DNA of 64,000 nt from Polyangiales bacterium. Lineage in GTDB: Bacteria > Myxococcota_A > Polyangia > Polyangiales > Ga0077539. The notes beneath the pieces are model-generated. The model did no database searches. It was not told the DNA's origin and worked only from the letters and a program-made list of their open reading frames with translations. The stretch covers positions 864,001-928,000 of the forward strand of contig JBGARZ010000001.1 in assembly GCA_044229975.1 (NCBI GenBank), written 5' to 3'. The number at the start of each line of letters is the position of its first letter. The stretch's first letter is position 1. A program made the position numbers and the translations under genes. Shown one piece after another: positions 57,986 through 64,000 of the stretch.

Positions 57986-60191
57986 CGCGCTGCTCGCGCT
58001 GCTCGTCGCGCTCGTGGGCTGCACCCGCGACGAGTGGCGTTTCCGTCCGATCGTCGATGCCGCGGCGCCCGGCGACGTCGTCGACGCCGCCGCGGACGTT
58101 GCGGTCGCCGACGTGCCCGCCATCGACACACCGCAGGCATCGGGGCGCGTCGTGCAGTTCGTCACCGCGGCGCGCATCACCTACGCCGTGCGCGACGATG
58201 GGCTCGTCTTCGCCGCGGGCGAAGGCGCTGGCGCCTTCGAGGGCTACGAGGGAACCCACCGCAACACCTTCGTCGCCATCCGCGGGCTCACCGACGTCGC
58301 CGAGGTGTCGAGCGCCTCGCAGTCGCCCCACGTCGTGTGCGCGCGTCACGCCGACGGAACCGTGACCTGCAAGGACGGCAGCACCGACCCGATCGCCGTC
58401 GACGGCGTTCGCGCGCGACGCATCGCCGGTCGCTGCGCCCTGCTCACCGACGGCGGCGTCGCCTGCTGGGACCTCGCGCAGTTTCGCGCCGCGCCCGTCG
58501 ACCTCACCGACGTCGTCGCCCTCGCGGGCAACGGCAGCCTCCACTGCGCCCTGCGCCGCGGCGGAACGGTCTGGTGCTGGGGCGAGGTCGGCGCCGTGCT
58601 CGACGTCCCCGCGACCACCCGCACCACGACGGCACCCGTGATGGTCCCGGGCATCACGACGGCCACGTCCCTCGCGGTCGGCCGCTTGAGCGCGTGCGCC
58701 GTCGTCGACCTCGGCGCGGTGGTCTGCTGGGGTCGACGCTCCATCATCAACGGCGGGCCCGACGCCAACACCGAACGCCCGATCGCGATCACGGGCGCGC
58801 GCGGCGTTCGGACCCTGACGCCCAACTCCGCACTCACCGAGCGGGGCGAGGTTCTCACCTGGGGCGGCGCCCACGGAACGCGCGGCGACGGCACCTACGG
58901 CGCGGCGCCGACGGCCTTCGTCGCACCGGGCGTCACGGCGCGCGCCATCGCCGAAGGTGACGGAGAGCTCCGGGTCTGCACCATCGACGAGGAGGGTCAC
59001 GGGTCGTGCTGGGGCGAGGACTTCGTCGGCGAGCTCGGCGTCGGTGGTGGCATCGAGCTCCACCCCCTCCCCGTGCTCGCGCACCCCGAAGACCCTGCCG
59101 ACCCCGCCAGCCTCGACGACGTCGTCGACACGATGCTCTCGGGCGAGGCGCAGTGTGCGCTCCTCGGCGACGGGTCGGTGCGCTGCTGGGGCTGTCCCGC
59201 GCACGGCACGACCGGCGCCGGGGTCATCGCGTCGTGGCCCTCGTGGCAGCCCACGCCCACGCCCGTCGCGGGCCTCACGGACGTCACCGCCCTCGTCAGC
59301 TTCGGCTCGACGCAGAACGAGACCTTCGGCGCGCTCCTCCGCGACGGCACGGTGCGCCTGTGGGGCCAGGGGATGGCCGGAGCCCTTGGCAACGGCGGCG
59401 TCATCTCTCGCGCGCGACCGGGTGCGCCCGACGGCCTCGCCGACGTCGCCCGCCTCGTCATGGGCGAGTACCACGCGTGCGCGATCGCCCGCGACGCCAC
59501 GGTGTCGTGCTGGGGCATCGGCACATCCGGGCAGCTCGGCGACGGCAGCACGTCGAGCTCGTCGCGACCCGTTCCGGTCGCGCGCCTCACCGACGTCGTC
59601 GACCTCGCGCTCGGCACCGACGTGTCCGTGGCGCTACGCCGCGACGGCTCGATGCACCTGTGGGGGCGCTCGCAGTGGCTGCTCTCCACGTCGACGCTCA
59701 ACCCTTCGCCCATCGCGCTGCCGACCCTGCCCGACGTGGTGGAGCTCGCCATCCTGACGCCGCACAACTTCCGCCAGCTCTGCGCGCGCCGCAGCGACGG
59801 TCATGTGAGCTGCCTCGGTGCGAACCTCCCCTCCGCCGACCGCTGGTTCGACCTCGGGCTGGAGGGCGTCACGCAGATCTCGGCGAGCGCGTCGGGCACC
59901 GGCTGTGCGCGCCACGCGGATGGTGGCGTCTCGTGCTGGGGAATCAACCGCAACGGCGAGCTCGGCGACGCGCGCGTCTCGCAAGCCGACGGCTACCATC
60001 CTCCGCAGCGGGTGCTGCTCACGGGCGACACCCCGCTCGACCGCGTCACCCGCGTACGCGCCGGCATCGGCAACGTCTGCGCGGTGCGCGACGACCACAC
60101 GCTGTGGTGCTGGGGCGCGGTGAACCACGGCGTCACGGGCCGCGGCCGCGCCATCGTCTCGCCCCTCCCCCGCCGGGTGCTCGGTCTCTGA
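57975..60191 (+). CDS. Lipoprotein with two RCC1-like beta-propellers
   Basis: Lipobox LVGC; DAAAPGDVVDAAADV linker; more than 10 G.V.CWG repeats; start TTG 57975 or GTG 57966. Confidence 0.85.
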   Translation: MRSSALLALLVALVGCTRDEWRFRPIVDAAAPGDVVDAAADVAVADVPAIDTPQASGRVVQFVTAARITYAVRDDGLVFAAGEGAGAFEGYEGTHRNTFVAIRGLTDVAEVSSASQSPHVVCARHADGTVTCKDGSTDPIAVDGVRARRIAGRCALLTDGGVACWDLAQFRAAPVDLTDVVALAGNGSLHCALRRGGTVWCWGEVGAVLDVPATTRTTTAPVMVPGITTATSLAVGRLSACAVVDLGAVVCWGRRSIINGGPDANTERPIAITGARGVRTLTPNSALTERGEVLTWGGAHGTRGDGTYGAAPTAFVAPGVTARAIAEGDGELRVCTIDEEGHGSCWGEDFVGELGVGGGIELHPLPVLAHPEDPADPASLDDVVDTMLSGEAQCALLGDGSVRCWGCPAHGTTGAGVIASWPSWQPTPTPVAGLTDVTALVSFGSTQNETFGALLRDGTVRLWGQGMAGALGNGGVISRARPGAPDGLADVARLVMGEYHACAIARDATVSCWGIGTSGQLGDGSTSSSSRPVPVARLTDVVDLALGTDVSVALRRDGSMHLWGRSQWLLSTSTLNPSPIALPTLPDVVELAILTPHNFRQLCARRSDGHVSCLGANLPSADRWFDLGLEGVTQISASASGTGCARHADGGVSCWGINRNGELGDARVSQADGYHPPQRVLLTGDTPLDRVTRVRAGIGNVCAVRDDHTLWCWGAVNHGVTGRGRAIVSPLPRRVLGL

Positions 60192-60194
60192 CCG

Positions 60195-61190
60195 TCAGCT
60201 CTGCGGAACCATCGCGACGTCCGCCCCCTCCGCGAGGCGGAAGCGCACGCCGCCGTCGTAGCGGTCGAGCAGCGCGCCGCCGTCGATGTCCGCGCGCACG
60301 AGGTCTTTGCGGGTGCGAAAGACCAGCGTGTTGAGCTCGACGCGGCCGCCCTGCTTGCCGCCCGGCCACACCCGCGGGATGAGCACCTCGTCGGGCACGA
60401 GATCACCCGCCGCGTGCGGTGCCGGAGGGAAGAGCAGCGTCGCCACGAGGTCGCAGCGTCGATCGGCGAGCCAGAGCGTTCGCTCCCACGAACCGTAGCC
60501 CACGGTCAGTCGCCCGCCGCGCGGAAGAAATTCCAACCGTGCCGCCCGCGGCAGCTCGACCCCCGACTCCGGGGCTGTCGCGGTCTCAGGCCCCGTCGAC
60601 GCCGACACCAGCCGAAGCGATTGACCGAGGTGACGCACCACGGTGCCCGAGCGCACGGCCACCACCGCGGCCTCCTGCAGCGGGCCGTCGCAGTCCACCC
60701 CCGCGACCCCCGTCTCCATCACCAGCGCACGCTGCACCAACGAAAACGTCAGCGCCGCCGCTGCCCATCCGGGGATGTGCAGGTCGTCGCGCTCGTCGCC
60801 GCCCACCGTGAAGGGGCTCTCCGCGATGCGATAGAACGCCCCCGCCGCCGACTCGACGCCCCACACACAATCCGCGCGAACGACCTTCGGCGCCGGCGTG
60901 CTCACCACGCGAAAGGCCCGCCCGCACACCGCGAGCCCGTCGCCATCTCGCAGCGTCGCGACGGTCTGCACGGGCGCGTCGTTGACCCGCACCGGCGCGC
61001 GTCCGAGCACCATGAGCTCGACGCCGTCATCCACCGGTCGCAGCAGGAGCTGATGTCGGCTGACCCGCGAGTCGGGCAACACCACCTCGCAGTCGGTGCT
61101 GCGCCCGAGGAGCAGCCCGCCGTGCCGGACGAGCACCCGGCCGAGGTCACCCTGGAGCCAGTACTGGCGGGCCTGGTCGCGTTCGCGCAT
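60195..61190 (-). CDS. FHA-domain protein with a second degenerate FHA-like region and a C-terminal OmpR-like winged helix
   Basis: LGRSTDCEVVLPDSRVSRH (FHA GR/SR); C-terminal VPDEVLIPRVWP...NTLVFRTRKDL resembles Trans_reg_C. Confidence 0.7.
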   Translation of the reverse strand: MRERDQARQYWLQGDLGRVLVRHGGLLLGRSTDCEVVLPDSRVSRHQLLLRPVDDGVELMVLGRAPVRVNDAPVQTVATLRDGDGLAVCGRAFRVVSTPAPKVVRADCVWGVESAAGAFYRIAESPFTVGGDERDDLHIPGWAAAALTFSLVQRALVMETGVAGVDCDGPLQEAAVVAVRSGTVVRHLGQSLRLVSASTGPETATAPESGVELPRAARLEFLPRGGRLTVGYGSWERTLWLADRRCDLVATLLFPPAPHAAGDLVPDEVLIPRVWPGGKQGGRVELNTLVFRTRKDLVRADIDGGALLDRYDGGVRFRLAEGADVAMVPQS

Positions 61191-61213
61191 CGCCAAGCGA
61201 TATCAACCGACGG

Positions 61214-62761
61214 TCAGTAGTGCACGCCCGACGCGATCTGCCGCGAGCCCGGGAACCCGGTGCCCGCCCACACGCCGTCGAGGAGGTCCATGGCGAGTCC
61301 CCAGCGACGCACGGCCGTCCGACCGCGCGCCCCGTCGAGGTCGTAGCGCACATCGCGCAGCGACGTGATGACCGCGGGCCGGAAGAACATCGCGTGTGCC
61401 AGCTTCACGCGGAAGAAGTCCTCGGGAGAGACCAGCGCGTCACGGTCGAGTCCGCGCACTGGTCCCTCCATGGGCATCGCCTGGCGCAGACGCCACGGCA
61501 TCTTCTCCAACGCGATGGCCGCGAAGCTATGGTGATCGGCCGTGTGGAAGGTCGACACCGTGCAGAGGTACGTCGCCACGGCGCGCGCGAGCACACCGCC
61601 CCGCGCGATGGCGCCGCCGTCGGGGTAGCCCGGCAGCCACGCGGCGATGTGGTCGGCCCAGGCGCGCACGTGCACGTCGTCCGCGGCGACGCCGTCGAGC
61701 GCCTCGGCGACGAAGCCCGTCCACGCCTGCAACCACACCTGACGAAAGCGCCCGTACGAAACATGCGCTCCGGTGAAGAGGTCGCCGAAGCGCCACGCGG
61801 GCCACGCCGGGTTGCGCGCGACGCCCTGTCGACCGGCGACCACCATGCGGTGCATCCCCTCGGTGGTGTACGGGAAGGGGTTGTAGAGCTCGCGCTGCGA
61901 GTTGTGGATGCTCGATCGTCGGTGATGGATCACCGACTCGTGGAGCCCGAGGGTGAAGCGGGTGTGGGGTTCGATGAGCCGCCGTACCGGGTGACGCCGC
62001 GGGAGCACGGAGCGCGTGACGGCGTTGATGACGTCGGCCGGGAAGTGCAGCCGCGGATGCGCCGCCGTGACAAGGCGCACCTGCGCCGATTGCAGCGCGT
62101 ACCAGCGAGCGAGCCGCCACGCGTCGCCCTCGTCGGGCGTGACGATGCGCGCGTGCACCCGGATGGCCGCGACGGACCACGGGTCGCCCTCGCGGCGCAG
62201 CAGCACGACCACGGGCGCGGTGTGGACGCCCGGCAGCAGCTCGTCGAGCGCCGCGACGCTGAAGTCCATCGTGGCGTACACGCCGGGTGAGCGCGCCATC
62301 AGCGGATGGAAGTCCTCGCTCGGGGCGCACTCGTCGGCGAGCGCGACAAACTGCCCGAAGCTCGTGGTGGTGAGCAGCGAGGCGAGCTCGCCGTCGTCGA
62401 CGTCGACGAGTCGTGGCCCGCGCAGGGCCTGCGACGCCGCGGCGGGCACCTCGCTGACCATCTGCCGCAGGTAGCGCGAGACGATGAAGCGCACGTAGTC
62501 GACCCGATCGCCCGCCGGGACATTGAGCACCGGCGCATAGAACTCCGGGTCGATGACCGGCTCCTGCGGCCACGGCCCTCGCACGCCCCGCGGGTGCCGC
62601 GGAGCAGGCGCGTCGATGCGCCCCGCGCCCCAGGGCATCGGGCTGAGGCGCGGCGAGTCGGTCCACGTGGTGGGGGCGCGGAGGAGCGACCCCATGAGGG
62701 AGAGCGCGTCGTCGGAGGCCGGGCTGTCGGGTGCGGTGGTGGTGCGGGCGGGGGCGTTCAT
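61214..62761 (-). CDS. Divergent lipoxygenase-family protein
   Basis: WRLARWY...AHPRLHF...LPRRHPVRRLIEPHTRFTLGLH aligns with the LOX W.LAK...H..TH...L...HP..LL.PH...T..IN signature; TVSTFHTADH with TAS..HAAVN; C-terminal IASGVHY with IPNSINI. Confidence 0.7.
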   Translation of the reverse strand: MNAPARTTTAPDSPASDDALSLMGSLLRAPTTWTDSPRLSPMPWGAGRIDAPAPRHPRGVRGPWPQEPVIDPEFYAPVLNVPAGDRVDYVRFIVSRYLRQMVSEVPAAASQALRGPRLVDVDDGELASLLTTTSFGQFVALADECAPSEDFHPLMARSPGVYATMDFSVAALDELLPGVHTAPVVVLLRREGDPWSVAAIRVHARIVTPDEGDAWRLARWYALQSAQVRLVTAAHPRLHFPADVINAVTRSVLPRRHPVRRLIEPHTRFTLGLHESVIHHRRSSIHNSQRELYNPFPYTTEGMHRMVVAGRQGVARNPAWPAWRFGDLFTGAHVSYGRFRQVWLQAWTGFVAEALDGVAADDVHVRAWADHIAAWLPGYPDGGAIARGGVLARAVATYLCTVSTFHTADHHSFAAIALEKMPWRLRQAMPMEGPVRGLDRDALVSPEDFFRVKLAHAMFFRPAVITSLRDVRYDLDGARGRTAVRRWGLAMDLLDGVWAGTGFPGSRQIASGVHY

Positions 62762-62827
62762 CGGTCCTCCGGGAGCGTCGGTGACTGCGGGGAGTCACTT
62801 CGCACCTGGCGGGCCGCGCGGCCGATG

Positions 62828-63613
62828 TCAGCCGATATCAACCACCGACTGGCGGCCCTTCACGCGCGAGATCACGCGCCCCACGAAGAAGGGCCCCATG
62901 CGGTCCATGAACTCGCCCGTCTGGCGGGTCTTCCGCATCGACTGGATGACGTGCGAGAGCGGGTGCAGCTCCTTGCCGACGAGCCCGATGACGAAGTCGT
63001 TGTCGTTGCTGTCGAGGCCGTGGCAGGCGAGGCGGATGTCGTGCGCCAGGTCCTTCTCCCCGTACGCGCGGCCGATGGTCCCGTGCTCGCGGAGGATGGC
63101 GCCCTGCTCCTTCGGATCGAGCCGACTGAAGGCCCCGGTGCGCTTGAGCGGGTACCACACCGCCCAGTCCCAGCCCTCGTGCATCACGGTGTCGCGCGGC
63201 CGATCGAGCAGCCAGTGGGTGAGGTCGCTCTCGTACCCGGTGCTGTACGTTCGCCCGAACATCGAGAACTCCGGCCGCGACCGCCACGGCGCCACGTCCG
63301 TCGCGCGGTTGCACTCGCGCACGATGTCGTGGACGCGGGTCACGAAGTGCGCCGGGTCTTCGCTGAAGGTGAGCAACCCGAGGCCCTGCGGGTGGTTGGC
63401 GTCGGCGTAGAGCACCGCCGGCACGCCGCCCAGGGTCAGCGCCTCTTCGAGCTGGTGCAACGCCGCGTCGAAGTTGGACGGGTGCTCGAACACTAGGAGC
63501 TGCATGAAAAGTCGCCGGTTGCTCACCTGCGGGACGCCGTCCTTGGGCGCTCCCCGCTCGCTCACGTCCACCGCCGGGAGATCGCCTGGGCCGTGCTTCG
63601 TCGCGTCGCTCAT
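62828..63613 (-). CDS. Chlorite dismutase-family heme protein, probably coproheme decarboxylase (ChdC/HemQ-like)
   Basis: WYPLKR (Y-P-x-x-R), ILREHGTIGRAY (proximal His), GLDSNDNDFVI, MR, GPFFVG. Confidence 0.75.
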   Translation of the reverse strand: MSDATKHGPGDLPAVDVSERGAPKDGVPQVSNRRLFMQLLVFEHPSNFDAALHQLEEALTLGGVPAVLYADANHPQGLGLLTFSEDPAHFVTRVHDIVRECNRATDVAPWRSRPEFSMFGRTYSTGYESDLTHWLLDRPRDTVMHEGWDWAVWYPLKRTGAFSRLDPKEQGAILREHGTIGRAYGEKDLAHDIRLACHGLDSNDNDFVIGLVGKELHPLSHVIQSMRKTRQTGEFMDRMGPFFVGRVISRVKGRQSVVDIG

Positions 63614-63661
63614 CGCGCGCTACATCCCACGCCGACGCGCGGGCGGGCAAGCGCACCGATG

Positions 63662-64000
63662 TCAGGAGGCGGACGAACGGGCGGTCGACGCGCGTTCACG
63701 GTCTTCGCTCACGCAGAGCGCGAGGTAGAGGCAGTCGAAGACGAAGATCATCGTGTAGAGGAAGTACGTGAACGAATACGTCGTGGGCTCGACGACGTGC
63801 GGATGCGTGCGGAGGTGGCCGTCGACAAACTGCGCGGGCCACCACGTCGCGAGGAAGAACGACCCGGCGAGCGTCCCGATGAGCTTGAGCCACGCGACGT
63901 GGGTGGAGAGCCCGACGCGCCCCGGCCGCGAGAGGTGGAAGAGCGGGTACGCGATGCTCATGACGAGGTTCATGGACATCGACGAGGTGACGCCCTTGAG
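63662..64000 (-). CDS. Membrane protein (5' end off window), possibly a Pyr4/PaxB-like transmembrane terpene cyclase
   Basis: NLVMSI...SR...GLSTHVAWLKLIGT...FVFDCLY resembles the C-terminal half of that family; only 112 codons are visible. Confidence 0.45.
   Translation of the reverse strand, partial: LKGVTSSMSMNLVMSIAYPLFHLSRPGRVGLSTHVAWLKLIGTLAGSFFLATWWPAQFVDGHLRTHPHVVEPTTYSFTYFLYTMIFVFDCLYLALCVSEDRERASTARSSAS

Noticed and set aside
62828..63613. True chlorite dismutase (chlorate respiration)
   Set aside because: No signal peptide and no (per)chlorate reductase genes; the YPxxR motif points to ChdC/HemQ.

Overview
A very GC-rich (visually about 70% or more), gene-dense chromosomal window. 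It most likely comes from a myxobacterium (Myxococcota, Polyangia-like), judged from the many Hanks-type Ser/Thr kinases, Cys-rich and RCC1 lipoproteins and an elb-type lipid cluster. About 49 CDSs are supportable; I see no rRNA, tRNA, CRISPR array or transposase. Recognisable blocks: (i) an elbB-C-D-E-like ether-lipid operon whose ElbD-like multienzyme carries an extra C-terminal SCP2-like domain (6.8-14.75 kb); (ii) a complete urate-to-glyoxylate operon, puuD-allB-[allantoicase/OHCU decarboxylase fusion]-uraH-allA (20.4-25.4 kb); (iii) housekeeping and stress genes (topB, tesB, fumC, csbD, a cyclophilin, a MtfA-like peptidase, an acyl-CoA ligase, a ChdC/HemQ-like protein). The best candidates for undescribed biology are: a recurring kinase + TPR/PEGA + RCC1-lipoprotein cassette (two split copies, one kinase-RCC1 fusion, and an adjacent FHA-wHTH regulator); a very divergent small lipoxygenase with an H-x3-H metal motif, a second H-x3-H and a C-terminal Tyr; a cluster of two ferritin-like diiron proteins (one a lipoprotein) with a COQ4-like protein and a beta-propeller; a 113-bp element with perfect 22-bp inverted repeats; a shared Asp-every-6-residues lipoprotein linker; and signs of widespread leaderless transcription. 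All functional calls come from motif recognition by eye; no database search was run.
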